From positions 973 through 64,972 of the forward strand of contig JAUVZJ010000005.1 in NCBI GenBank assembly GCA_030602585.1: a stretch of 64,000 nucleotides of DNA, written 5' to 3'. The stretch comes from Candidatus Methanophagales archaeon. GTDB lineage: Archaea > Halobacteriota > Syntropharchaeia > Alkanophagales > Methanospirareceae. Made by a program: the position numbers and the translations under genes. Shown piece by piece: positions 1 to 9,381 of the stretch (position 1 is the stretch's first letter; each line of letters begins with the position of its first letter). A model generated the notes under the pieces. The model saw nothing but the letters and a program-made list of their open reading frames with translations. It was not told the origin of the DNA and searched no databases.

Positions 1-2
1 AC

Positions 3-89
3 AGAGACCCAACGAAGAAAGTAAGCGAAGAGTACGATGAGTCTGTCTTCGTGAGCACGTTGGTGATGGAGACGAGGGGGGCTGAATGA
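3..89 (+). CDS. 3' end of upstream gene, partial, product unknown
   Basis: The frame is open from the window edge. Stop TGA at 87-89 overlaps the cooC ATG by 4 bp (ATGA coupling). Confidence 0.25.
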   Translation, partial: RDPTKKVSEEYDESVFVSTLVMETRGAE

Positions 90-865
90 AGAAGATAATC
101 GTTACAGGGAAGGGAGGGGTAGGAAAGACGACAATCATCGCAACGCTCTCGAGGTTATTAGCAAGGGAGGGGCATCGGGTTTTAGTGATAGACTGCGACC
201 CAAGCATGAATCTTGCGATGTCACTTGGCGTTTCGCTTTCTGATGTCCTCCCTCTTGCTGAAAATAAAGCGAATATCCATGCGAAGTTGGAGCTGGACCT
301 GGACGATGAACATGCGCATGAAAATGGAAACGAAATCGAAATAGACGAAGTCATCGAGGACTATATTGTCGAAACGAAGGATGGAGTGAAGTTGATTGTA
401 ATGGGAACGATTCCTTATGGTGGTTCCGGCTGCCTGTGTTCATCCATTGCGCTGGTGAAGCTGCTGATAGGATACATTGCATCTGGAGATAACGATTTTG
501 TCATGGTGGATTCTCAAGCAGGAGTTGAAATCTTTGGCAGGGGGCTGGCATCGGAGTTCGACTTTACTCTTGTCATTACAGAACTGATGCCAAAGGCAAT
601 CGAAGTGACAAGGCATGTGATGACGCTATCAAGGGACCTGGGTGTTAAGAAGCAGATTGTAATCGTGAATAAGGTTGAAGATGGCACGGAATGTGAGACA
701 ATCTCACGAGAACTGGGGCTCAATGCAGACCAAATGTATTCTGTGCGATGCGACAAGAAAGTCATTGAGGCGGATAAGAAGGGGCTTCTGATTCTCGATT
801 ACGCACCGCAGGCATCAGTTGTAGAGGATATACAAAGGATAAAAGAAGAGATACTGGAGGGTTAA
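86..865 (+). CDS. cooC: CooC/AcsF-family Ni-insertion ATPase (MinD/ParA fold) for CODH/ACS maturation
   Basis: Deviant Walker A GKGGVGKTT and a CDP motif. A CxC-type motif GCLCSS is positioned like the CooC Ni site. There is a His/acidic insert DDEHAHENG. Confidence 0.7.
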   Translation: MKKIIVTGKGGVGKTTIIATLSRLLAREGHRVLVIDCDPSMNLAMSLGVSLSDVLPLAENKANIHAKLELDLDDEHAHENGNEIEIDEVIEDYIVETKDGVKLIVMGTIPYGGSGCLCSSIALVKLLIGYIASGDNDFVMVDSQAGVEIFGRGLASEFDFTLVITELMPKAIEVTRHVMTLSRDLGVKKQIVIVNKVEDGTECETISRELGLNADQMYSVRCDKKVIEADKKGLLILDYAPQASVVEDIQRIKEEILEG

Positions 866-872
866 ATTTAAA

Positions 873-1073
873 ATGTGCGAATTTGTTGTGTATTTAGAGG
901 AAAATGGGAGTAAAGAAAGAGAAGTGGTGGCAAGGAAGATAATCAAGGCAAAGAAGAGGGATGGAAAGACTGTTCTGATGGATACATCTGGTAATGTGAC
1001 ACCGGTTGAGCATGTAAGTATCGAGGTGGTAGATACGCTTATGCAGGAGTTGATCTTGAGAAAGGAGAGATGA
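873..1073 (+). CDS. cooT: CooT-like small nickel-binding protein
   Basis: 66 aa, begins MC (Cys2 is the CooT Ni ligand). It lies 8 bp downstream of cooC and matches the length of characterised CooT. Confidence 0.45.
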   Translation: MCEFVVYLEENGSKEREVVARKIIKAKKRDGKTVLMDTSGNVTPVEHVSIEVVDTLMQELILRKER

Positions 1074-1094
1074 AGATCGAAAAAGAAGTGAAAA

Positions 1095-1908
1095 ATGGAA
1101 AAAGAAAAGTTTGAATCAGCCAGGGTAAAGGAGAAGATAAAAGAATACTGGGATCGCACAAAGGAGCACGCTTTCTTCAAAGATGATGCGGAAGAAGAGG
1201 CATGGAGGAACTCGCTTCGTGAAGAGTTTGGTGTTGATGGAGAAAAACTAAAAATATTGGACGTTGGTACTGGCAACGGTTCATTAGCTCTCCTTCTCGC
1301 CGAGATGGGACATGATATTGTAGGAATTGACGTCTCAGAGGGAATGCTATCAGTAGCAAGAAAGAAGGCAAAGGAAAGAGGGGTCAACCCTAATCTAAGG
1401 ATTGGTGATGCCGAATCGTTGGATTTTGAAGACGAGTATTTCGATGCAGTTGTCAGTCGGATTGTCCTCTGGACGCTTCCTCATCCTGAGACGGCAATTA
1501 GCGAATGGAGGCGAGTGTTGAAGCCCGGCGGGAAGGTGCGGGAAGGTGTACACATTTGAAATCGATTCGCCTGGTAAAAGGAAAGAAACAGGTAGAAAGA
1601 TCAAGAGGAATCTGGGATTGCTCTTGATCACGATAATTGAGCGGAAGAATGCCTGGAGCAGAATGGCAGATTACGGTGAGGATATAAAGGAAAATCTCCC
1701 ACTGTGCTACGATAAAGCTTCTTCAAGTGCTATCAATAAGGTGGAACTCTTCAGGAAGGGTGAATTCGAAGATGTGACGCTCTTCAAGATGGACGAGGTA
1801 AACGAGATACTCAATAAACAGGAGGAAGTTCCGTTAAGATACAAACTCGTATGGGGTGACTTCGGTGATCGTGTGTGGTACTATATTAGGGGCTGTAAAC
1901 CTGTGTAG
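1095..1908 (+). pseudogene. class I SAM-dependent methyltransferase (Methyltransf_11) with C-terminal extension, frameshifted
   Basis: Motif ILDVGTGNG plus EWRRVLKPGGKV. A 10-bp tandem direct repeat (gggaaggtgc/gggaaggtgt at 1530-1549) shifts the frame. Deleting one copy joins ORFs 1095-1559 and 1546-1908 into a protein colinear with the 1917-2699 paralog. Confidence 0.7.
1530..1549. repeat. 10-bp tandem duplication causing the frameshift in the methyltransferase gene
   Basis: gggaaggtgc followed by gggaaggtgt. Removing one unit restores the KPGGKVYTFEIDSPGK reading. Confidence 0.7.
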
Positions 1909-1916
1909 GTGATAAT

Positions 1917-2699
1917 ATGAACGACATAAAGAATAAGATAAAGGACTACTGGAATGAAAGGTCCTCAACTTTTGACCTTTCCCCAGGTCATGTTATAGGT
2001 AGCAAAGAGGAAAGAGAAGCATGGGTATCTCTTTTTCAAGACAAATTTGGCAAAGGAATACAAAAAATACTCGATATTGGTGCTGGAACTGGCTTTCTTT
2101 CTCTTATTTTGGCTGAGATGGGATATGACGTTGTTGGTGTTGACATTTCAGAAGAGATGTTAGAGAGCGCGAAGAAAAAAGCGGTGGATCGAGGGCTTGA
2201 ACTAAAAGTCGAGTTCAAATTGGGTGATGCTGAAGCTCTGCCCTTTAAAAGTGGGTTTTTTGACGCAATTGTAAATAGAGCTGTCCTATGGACTCTCCCT
2301 GAACCGAAAAAAGCACTCAGTGAATGGAAACGCGTGTTAAACCCTGGTGGAAAGCTCTGTTTCTTCCTTCACGAACCACATAACAATGGAATAACACAAC
2401 GCTTACGACGGCAACTTGGGAATGTTCTAATCCTCTTTATAGAGAGGAGAAATCCATGGCATTCTCTTTATAATAAGAAATTGGGTGTGGAACTTCCTTT
2501 TAGAGGCGGTGTAGAACCTTCAGTAATAACGGAGCTTTTAGAGGATGCCGGGTTTGAACAGGTCTCTGCCAAGCCGATGCACGAAATAAGCAGGTTAAAA
2601 ACCGAAAAAATGCCTTTATGTTACAGAATAGCTCACAACCACAACCATATTCAATACTGTTATACTGCCGTTAAACCAGAACCAGAAGGAGGCGAATAA
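1917..2699 (+). CDS. class I SAM-dependent methyltransferase with conserved C-terminal RNPWH-containing domain
   Basis: ILDIGAGTG SAM motif, VLWTLPEP and EWKRVLNPGGK. The C-terminal IERRNPWHSLY segment is shared with paralogs at 2709, 4697 and 1095. Confidence 0.75.
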   Translation: MNDIKNKIKDYWNERSSTFDLSPGHVIGSKEEREAWVSLFQDKFGKGIQKILDIGAGTGFLSLILAEMGYDVVGVDISEEMLESAKKKAVDRGLELKVEFKLGDAEALPFKSGFFDAIVNRAVLWTLPEPKKALSEWKRVLNPGGKLCFFLHEPHNNGITQRLRRQLGNVLILFIERRNPWHSLYNKKLGVELPFRGGVEPSVITELLEDAGFEQVSAKPMHEISRLKTEKMPLCYRIAHNHNHIQYCYTAVKPEPEGGE

Positions 2700-2708
2700 A
2701 AAAGCGAA

Positions 2709-3149
2709 ATGAAAATAAAATCCGAAGATAGAGAAATAAAAAATATTATCAATCGTCATCTTCTCTGGACACTGCCAAATCCTGAGAAGGCGATGTCCGA
2801 GTGGAAACGTGTTTTGAAACCAGAAGGTAAAGTGCTAATAATTGATGGAAGTTGGGGCGATTACAACAGGTTACGTAGACAGGTCTGGCGTTATCTCGTC
2901 TCTATGCCTTTGATTTTAATCACGGAGCGAAGGAATCCATGGCATGGGCATTATGGCAGGGATATTGAGAAACAATTACCAATGAGGCACAGAAAACGCC
3001 CGCAGGCGGATATTGAACTTCTTGAGAATCTCGGATTCAACGTGGATGTGATGGGAGTATCAATCCCAAGAACCCAGTCGTTTCTCGACTCACTGAAATA
3101 TGGCTATTGGAGTAAGCAGTTTTTGGTAAAGGGAGTTAAGGTTAAATGA
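2709..3149 (+). CDS. stand-alone paralog of the methyltransferase C-terminal domain (no SAM-binding domain)
   Basis: Aligns to residues ~110-251 of the 4697-5452 protein (NRHLLWTLPNPEKAMSEWKRVLKPEGKVLIIDGSW...RRNPWHGHY...KRPQADIELLE). It starts only 10 bp after the preceding gene, so the N-terminal Rossmann part is absent. Confidence 0.55.
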   Translation: MKIKSEDREIKNIINRHLLWTLPNPEKAMSEWKRVLKPEGKVLIIDGSWGDYNRLRRQVWRYLVSMPLILITERRNPWHGHYGRDIEKQLPMRHRKRPQADIELLENLGFNVDVMGVSIPRTQSFLDSLKYGYWSKQFLVKGVKVK

Positions 3150-3164
3150 AGGAGGTAATAAAAA

Positions 3165-4709
3165 ATGTCGACTAGAAAGAAAATTAGCACTGGTATAGCA
3201 ATATGCTTGGTACTGCTGAGCAGTATAATGTTGGGGTGCATAGAACAAGGCACTCAAAACTCAAGACAAACATTAACGATTGGATATGGCAAGGATACAA
3301 ATGTTGCTTCTCCGAAAATGATGGATTTCATGCCAGAGATGATGGTTCTGGAGAGGCTCATAGAATACAAAGATGGTGAAGTACTGCCAAGTCTGGCAAC
3401 TTCGTGGGACATCCAGGATAACAGCAAGACGATAGTTTTTCATTTTAAAAAGGACATTAAATTCTCGGATGGAAGCCCATTTACTGCTGAAGATGTAAAA
3501 TTTACATTCGATAGGCTGAAAGCACTGAAATATTACCATTGGACTGAAGTTGATCGAATAAAAAGTGTAGAAGTGATTGATCCACATACGATAGCTTTTC
3601 ATTACGAGGATGGGAAAGAAGGATACATTGCATTGACTGCTTTTGGGGAATATCATTGCAGTATTATGAGTCCCGTATCGGTTGAACCAAAGGGAGATGT
3701 CAAAGAAAAAATCGTGAATCCCATCGGAACTGGTCCTTGGAAGGTAGACGAGTATGTAAAAGATCAGTACACGATATTTGTGCGGAACGAGATTTATCAT
3801 GGCGAAAAACCAAAATTGGATAAGATTATTGTTAAAGTTATACCAGATGCCGAGACAAGGGTCTTGGCTCTCAGATCGGGCGATGTGGATATGATTGTTG
3901 ACTATTACCATGGTGGATCCAGCTATACTCCTAGAAATTTGTTAGAGCCATTGAAAAGCGAAGGATTCAATGTAATCAAAAATGAGATGCCGATGACCAC
4001 GATAATTAAGTTCAATTACAAAAAAGAGCCGTGGAACGATGTGAGAGTTAGAAAAGCCGTAAACTATGCAATCGAGAAGGATGAGGTTTCGGCACTCTTC
4101 GATAACTGGGTGAATCCGGCAAGACACGGATTGTATAGTGAACAAGGACCCTCCATAAAAGAGGTAAAGGTAGAAGCATATACCAACGATATAAATAAAG
4201 CAAAGACCTTACTTAAGAATGCAGGCTATGAGGAATTGAAAGCAGACCTCGTATTGCAGGGCGAAAATCCCGATGAGGTTAAGCTTTGCGAACTTATACA
4301 GGCACAACTCAAAAAAATTGGCATTCAGGTGAAGCTGAGCGTATTGGAGGGTGGTGCATACAGCGAAAGAAGGAATAAAGGAGATTATGATCTTATGGTA
4401 TATTATATTGGCGGTCCCGAAAGGCGCAGCTACACGAGAACGGACGGCAGGTTTAATCCAAACGCTCCTGAGTTTGGGTACGGGGCATACGATGATCCTG
4501 AGTTGTCAGATGTCCTTGAGAAGGCTGTATCATCTTTCGATGGCAAGGAGCGTCAAGAGGAATTCAAACAGTTTTACCAACTGCTCCACGAGAAGGCAGG
4601 TGTCGTTCCACTCTACTATGATGCAGTGTTTATTGTAGCAGATAAGAAGGTGAAAGGGATCAAATATGTAAGCTCAGAGCCTTGCTTTAGCGGGGTGTGG
4701 ATAGAATGA
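3165..4709 (+). CDS. ABC transporter substrate-binding protein, family 5 (NikA/DppA/OppA-like), lipoprotein
   Basis: Signal peptide with archaeal-type lipobox LLSSIMLGC. Family-5 solute-binding-protein fold motifs (LATSWD, KFSDGSPFTAEDVKFTF). It sits upstream of nikBC-like permeases. Confidence 0.8.
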   Translation: MSTRKKISTGIAICLVLLSSIMLGCIEQGTQNSRQTLTIGYGKDTNVASPKMMDFMPEMMVLERLIEYKDGEVLPSLATSWDIQDNSKTIVFHFKKDIKFSDGSPFTAEDVKFTFDRLKALKYYHWTEVDRIKSVEVIDPHTIAFHYEDGKEGYIALTAFGEYHCSIMSPVSVEPKGDVKEKIVNPIGTGPWKVDEYVKDQYTIFVRNEIYHGEKPKLDKIIVKVIPDAETRVLALRSGDVDMIVDYYHGGSSYTPRNLLEPLKSEGFNVIKNEMPMTTIIKFNYKKEPWNDVRVRKAVNYAIEKDEVSALFDNWVNPARHGLYSEQGPSIKEVKVEAYTNDINKAKTLLKNAGYEELKADLVLQGENPDEVKLCELIQAQLKKIGIQVKLSVLEGGAYSERRNKGDYDLMVYYIGGPERRSYTRTDGRFNPNAPEFGYGAYDDPELSDVLEKAVSSFDGKERQEEFKQFYQLLHEKAGVVPLYYDAVFIVADKKVKGIKYVSSEPCFSGVWIE

Positions 4710-5452
4710 AGGCAAAGGATATTATCAAAGAGGAATGGGATCTGTTAGCTCAGGACTTTGATAACAAGGCAGGACATGGAATACGCACAAAAGAAGAAGA
4801 GGAAGCATGGATAAATCTTTTAACTCGTGCAATCGGGACGAAAAGACTCAAAATATTAGATGTGGGCTGCGGTACCGGTGTGATTGCATTACTTCTTGCA
4901 GAGATGGGTCATGAGGTAACAGGCGTTGATATATCGGAGAGAATGTTGGAACGAGCAAGGGAGAAAGCAAAGAGCATAGAGATTCCAGTGAAGTTCGAGT
5001 TCGGTGATGCAGAAGACCTTCCATTCGATGACGGAAATTTTGATGTTGTAGTTAATAGACATCTCCTTTGGACTATGCTAAACCCTGAGAAAGCAGTAAG
5101 CGAGTGGAAAAGGGTTTTAAAGCCAGAAGGCAGGGTGATAATAATCGATGGTAGCTGGAATGGTCAAGCACTACGCAAACGAGTTTGGCGTTTCCTTGCC
5201 GTGCCTCTGATTTTGATCACAGAGCATCGAATCCCATGGCATGGTCATTACGACAAAGATATGGAGAAGAACTTACCGATGAAGCAGAGAAAACGTCCTC
5301 AGGCAGACATCGAAATTCTTGAGTACTGCGGTTTTGTAGATATTAATATGTCGAAGGTGACAATTCCGATAACCAGAACGTTCATCGAACGGCTGAAGTA
5401 TGGTTACTGGGGAAGTGATGAGTTTTTGCTGAGTGCTACCAAATTGAAATAA
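4697..5452 (+). CDS. class I SAM-dependent methyltransferase with C-terminal His-rich domain, embedded in the nik-like operon
   Basis: ILDVGCGTG, DVVVNRHLLWTM, EWKRVLKPEGRV and a C-terminal HRIPWHGHY. It overlaps the binding-protein stop by 13 bp and ends 3 bp before nikB. Confidence 0.75.
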   Translation: MDRMKAKDIIKEEWDLLAQDFDNKAGHGIRTKEEEEAWINLLTRAIGTKRLKILDVGCGTGVIALLLAEMGHEVTGVDISERMLERAREKAKSIEIPVKFEFGDAEDLPFDDGNFDVVVNRHLLWTMLNPEKAVSEWKRVLKPEGRVIIIDGSWNGQALRKRVWRFLAVPLILITEHRIPWHGHYDKDMEKNLPMKQRKRPQADIEILEYCGFVDINMSKVTIPITRTFIERLKYGYWGSDEFLLSATKLK

Positions 5453-5454
5453 AA

Positions 5455-6402
5455 ATGAAGAAATACATAACAAAAAGATTGCTTTTATTGATCCCGATTA
5501 TGCTTGGGGCTTCTGTACTCTCCTTTTCCATCCTTTATATTGCTCCTGGAGATCCTGCAGAGCTAATGCTTGAGAGGCAGCTGCAGGGTGCTCCAACTAA
5601 AGAACAGATAGATGCGTTCAAAGAGGAGCATGGATTAAACGATCCAATTCCAATCCAGTTTGCAAGATGGCTTTATAAGATATTGCGTGGTGATCTCGGT
5701 ACATCGCTTAGAACCGAAGAGCCAGTACTAAAGGAGTATCTAAATAGATTTCCCGCTTCCCTTGTGCTATTTCTTCTCTCACAGATAATCTCCATCACAA
5801 TAGCGATTCCTTTAGGAATTATATCGGCAGTAAAACACAACTCGAAGGTGGATCATTTTTCCAGGTTTATGGCAATGTTTGGTGCTTCCATGCCAAATTT
5901 TTGGCTGGGCTTGCTTTTAATTCTTTTCTTTGCGGTTTATTTGGATTGGCTTCCAGCCTTTGGTTATGGAGGGATTACGCACATAATCCTTCCAGCAATA
6001 GCCTTGGGGGTATCAGGATGTGCATCGATCATGCGGCTAATGAGGGCAAGTCTGCTCGAGGTTTTACACCTGGATTATATAAGGACTGCGAGAGCAAAGG
6101 GTTTGTGCGAAAAGCTCATTATAGTAAAACATGCTTTAAAAAATGCGTTGATTCCAGTCGTAACAGTTATTGGCTTACATATCAGTCATCTCATTTCAAG
6201 TATGGTGATAGTCGAGGCGATATTTGCATGGCCCGGAGTTGGCAGATTTTTGATTGAATCGATACATGCAAGAGATTTTCCAGTGATTCAAGGCTTTGTT
6301 TTGATTATTGCAATGTTTTTTGTCTTTGCTAATCTGATCGTAGATATTTCGTATACATACTTGGATCCCAGAATACGATATGAGATGGAGAGGATAAAAT
6401 GA
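5455..6402 (+). CDS. nikB: ABC permease NikB/DppB/OppB family
   Basis: 6 TM segments, APGDP N-terminal motif and an EAA-like loop (IRTARAKGL). Confidence 0.85.
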   Translation: MKKYITKRLLLLIPIMLGASVLSFSILYIAPGDPAELMLERQLQGAPTKEQIDAFKEEHGLNDPIPIQFARWLYKILRGDLGTSLRTEEPVLKEYLNRFPASLVLFLLSQIISITIAIPLGIISAVKHNSKVDHFSRFMAMFGASMPNFWLGLLLILFFAVYLDWLPAFGYGGITHIILPAIALGVSGCASIMRLMRASLLEVLHLDYIRTARAKGLCEKLIIVKHALKNALIPVVTVIGLHISHLISSMVIVEAIFAWPGVGRFLIESIHARDFPVIQGFVLIIAMFFVFANLIVDISYTYLDPRIRYEMERIK

Positions 6403-7244
6403 GGCTTAAGATCGTTCAGCAGCTTAAAAAAGATAAAATGGCAGTGATTGGAGTAATAATCATCCTCATTCTTGCCTTCCTTGCGATATTTGCCCCATAC
6501 TTGTCTCTGTATGATCCAATGGAAGTAAACATGGAGAATCGTTTGCTGACCCCAAGTGAAAAACATCCTCTGGGAACTGATCAGTTGGGCAGAGACCTTT
6601 TAAGCAGAATAGTTTATGGGACACGGGTTTCAATAGCTGCAGCGACAATGGCTACCCTTATGATTATGATTTTTGGTGTAACGATAGGGGCAATCGCAGG
6701 ATACTTTGGTGGCGTAGTCGATCAAGCAATAATGCGCGTGGTTGATGTATTATTAGCGTTTCCAAGTTTGATTTTGACAATAGCGATTGCAGGAATCTTG
6801 GGGCCCTCGCTTATGAACCTTATAATTGCTATGACCGCAACTGGGTGGGTAGGTTACTCGAGAATAATTCGTGGTTCTGTTTTGTCTGTAAAAGAAAAAG
6901 AATTCATAGAGGCAGCAAGAGCGATGGGCTGTGGCAATTTGTATATTATTGCTCGTCATATCATACCAAACGTTATTTCTCCAGTGATCGTGATTGCAAC
7001 CATAGATATGGGACACACAATTCTCTCAATCACCGGATTAAGTTTTTTAGGATTGGGAGCACAACCCCCTACTCCAGAATGGGGTGCTATGCTCAATGAT
7101 GGAAAGTCTTTCATGACAACGGCACCACATTTAATGATTTTTCCAGGATTGATGATCATGGTTGTAGTGTTAGCTTTCAACTTCCTGGGTGATGGATTAA
7201 GAGACGCATTGGACCCACGGCTAAGGCAGGTGATGATGAAATAA
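6399..7244 (+). CDS. nikC: ABC permease NikC/DppC/OppC family
   Basis: HPLGTDQLGRD motif and permease TM core. It overlaps nikB by 4 bp. Confidence 0.85.
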   Translation: MRLKIVQQLKKDKMAVIGVIIILILAFLAIFAPYLSLYDPMEVNMENRLLTPSEKHPLGTDQLGRDLLSRIVYGTRVSIAAATMATLMIMIFGVTIGAIAGYFGGVVDQAIMRVVDVLLAFPSLILTIAIAGILGPSLMNLIIAMTATGWVGYSRIIRGSVLSVKEKEFIEAARAMGCGNLYIIARHIIPNVISPVIVIATIDMGHTILSITGLSFLGLGAQPPTPEWGAMLNDGKSFMTTAPHLMIFPGLMIMVVVLAFNFLGDGLRDALDPRLRQVMMK

Positions 7245-7861
7245 AAGATAAAATCAGAGCGTGGTGGGATAACGCACATCAGAACTACGATTGGGTTCAG
7301 GCACATGGTGTTCATTCAGAGCAAGAAAAAGAGATATGGAGAAACGCTTTAACTCAATTACTTAGAATCGAAAAAAAGCTAAAAATACTGGATATAGGCA
7401 CTGGTACTGGTTTTTTGGCATTGTTGCTGGCTGAGATAGGGCATGATGTGACAGGGGCAGATTGGTCAAAGAGTAAACTGGAAAAGGCAAAACAGAAGAT
7501 AAAGAACACCAATATTCCTATAAAGTTTGTGATGGAGGATGCCGAAAAGCTATCCTTCGAGGATAATCTATTTGATGCGGTAGTTAGCAGGCATCTGATT
7601 TGGACATTAGCAAATCCAAAAGCGGCATTTAAAGAATGGGCGAGAGTAACAAAGCCCGGTGGCAAAGTCATAGTAGATGTACCAGAAAAATATTCTCATG
7701 TTGGGAGTCATCACTTTGGAGAGGGAATAGGCAAAGAGTTACCATTTTACAACGGTGCTGATCCAGAGGAGATTGTCAAAATGTTTGAAGATGCAAGACT
7801 GGTGAATGTGTCTGTGCAAAGTTTCAAAAAATTGACTTTGGTGAAAGGGGAAAAATTATGA
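7244..7861 (+). CDS. class I SAM-dependent methyltransferase paralog (start codon uncertain, divergent short C-terminus)
   Basis: Homology (KDKIRAWWDNAHQ...EKEIWRNAL...ILDIGTGTGFLALLLAEIG) starts right at the nikC stop. There is no ATG/GTG between the upstream stop at 7190 and 7415. The ORF track calls TTG 7415-7861. Confidence 0.5.
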   Translation, partial: KDKIRAWWDNAHQNYDWVQAHGVHSEQEKEIWRNALTQLLRIEKKLKILDIGTGTGFLALLLAEIGHDVTGADWSKSKLEKAKQKIKNTNIPIKFVMEDAEKLSFEDNLFDAVVSRHLIWTLANPKAAFKEWARVTKPGGKVIVDVPEKYSHVGSHHFGEGIGKELPFYNGADPEEIVKMFEDARLVNVSVQSFKKLTLVKGEKL

Positions 7862-7903
7862 GTGACAAGTATCACAGAAGAGATTTAACAAGTTGATGGT
7901 ACG

Positions 7904-8830
7904 ATGGAAATGATAATAAACTCTATAATTCGTGCGCTCGAGCTTTGGATATGTGTGCTTCCTTTTACGATCGTTGGTATATTGTTAGCAAGTATTGCCA
8001 TTGAATTCAGAATATTTAATCGATTGTTTCCAGTGCTAAAACCGATATTGCAACGAGCACATTTTAGTCCAGGGTCAGGACTTGCGTTTATAACGGCATT
8101 TGGCTCGCCAATCGCAGCCGTAGCGATGGTCGCTGAACTTTATGCTGAGAAAAAAATAGACCAAAAGGAGGCTTTGTTAGTGACCGTAGCAACTTGGTTT
8201 CCGCAGACAATTTATGAAACCATCGCTTATATCTTCCCTATAATACCATTGCTCGGAATGGTTGGTATTGCATATATATTCTTATTTGTGTTGAATGGAA
8301 TAATAGTAGCAATATTAATGTTTATTATTGGTAGAGCCTTGCTAACCGAGAAGAACTACGAATTTGTTAGGGATAATGAAAAGATAGCCGTTAAAGCAGC
8401 ACTTAAAAGAAGTGTAAAGAGTTCGATAAATCTTTTAAAACGACTTATGATTGTAGGGCTTCCAGTGAGCATTGTAGCAATTGCTCTTATTAATATAGGA
8501 ATATTTGATGCATTGCCTAAATATCTTGGTTGGATGCCGCTACCTCCTGAGGCACTGGCTATAATACCGTTGAAAATTGCAAATCCCATGGCGGCATATA
8601 TCACACTTGCAGATTTAATGAAGACAGGAATTTTGGATTTTAAGTTAGCACTGTTGACTTTACTGATTGCTAGTGCTTTTGTGAGTTTACGATACATTTT
8701 TGCACACAGGCTACCGTATTATTTTGGAATTTTTGGTCCTGTAGTAGGTGTGAAGATAACATCGGTGAGTGCAACATTACGGCTCGGATTGACTGGTTTG
8801 ATGATTTTTGCCTTGATATTGTTTTTATGA
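7904..8830 (+). CDS. polytopic membrane protein (8-9 TM), paralog of 39172-40143, possibly nucleoside-recognition (Gate)-like
   Basis: Hydrophobic profile. It shares architecture and motifs with the ORF between cobN and chlID. The family assignment is tentative. Confidence 0.4.
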   Translation: MEMIINSIIRALELWICVLPFTIVGILLASIAIEFRIFNRLFPVLKPILQRAHFSPGSGLAFITAFGSPIAAVAMVAELYAEKKIDQKEALLVTVATWFPQTIYETIAYIFPIIPLLGMVGIAYIFLFVLNGIIVAILMFIIGRALLTEKNYEFVRDNEKIAVKAALKRSVKSSINLLKRLMIVGLPVSIVAIALINIGIFDALPKYLGWMPLPPEALAIIPLKIANPMAAYITLADLMKTGILDFKLALLTLLIASAFVSLRYIFAHRLPYYFGIFGPVVGVKITSVSATLRLGLTGLMIFALILFL

Positions 8831-8869
8831 AACATCATACCTGAAAATAACGATTGAGGTGAAACTACA

Positions 8870-9191
8870 TTGAAGAAGAGAGCAGAAATCGCAGTAACCG
8901 GAACTGAGCTAAAAGAGCAATACAAGAAGTCCATCGGGAGAACAGTCTTCTTCATCCTCACTCCATCCTTTTTAGTTCTAATCTCTGGCATATCTGCATC
9001 GCTCGGAAGCGCAAACATCCCGATATGGGACACGTATTTTGCATTTCTCCACAAATTCTCCTCCGATCGGATGGTGGCTGTCGGTATTTCCGGGATTGAT
9101 GATCATGATCACGGTGTTAGCCTTCAACTTCCTGGGTGATGGATTAAGAGATGCATTAGACCCACGACTAAGGCAGGTGATGATGAAATGA
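8870..9191 (+). pseudogene. chimeric relic: BtuC/FecCD permease N-terminal stub fused to a copy of the nikC 3' end
   Basis: The N-terminus (AEIAVTGTELKEQYKKSIGRTVFFIL) resembles the BtuC N-terminus at 42396. The last ~100 nt (9089-9191) duplicate nikC 7142-7244 ([30 protein letters not shown] stop). Confidence 0.55.
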
Positions 9192-9381
9192 CCAATCAGT
9201 TGCTAAGCATACATAGCGCCGCTGATCCTATCTTATCTTTTCGCTTTTTCATAGTTGTAAGTAAGAAAAAAATCGAAAATAATATATATATCCTCAACAA
9301 TAAAATCTTAATATGTTTATGTATGAAATAAAATAAAGAGAAAAGCGTGAAAGTGAAAATAAAGAGGGAGGGAATAAAAGA

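Noticed and set aside
3273-3911. 212-aa minus-strand ORF inside the binding-protein gene (similar antisense ORFs at 10309-10875, 11632-12009, 23161-23757, 40944-41603, 41272-41553, 58476-59252)
   Set aside because: These lie fully within well-supported genes on the opposite strand. They have low-complexity or biased composition and no motifs, so they are shadow ORFs.
5901-6257. 118-aa same-strand alternative-frame ORF inside nikB
   Set aside because: Out-of-frame overlap with a conserved permease and no independent signal.
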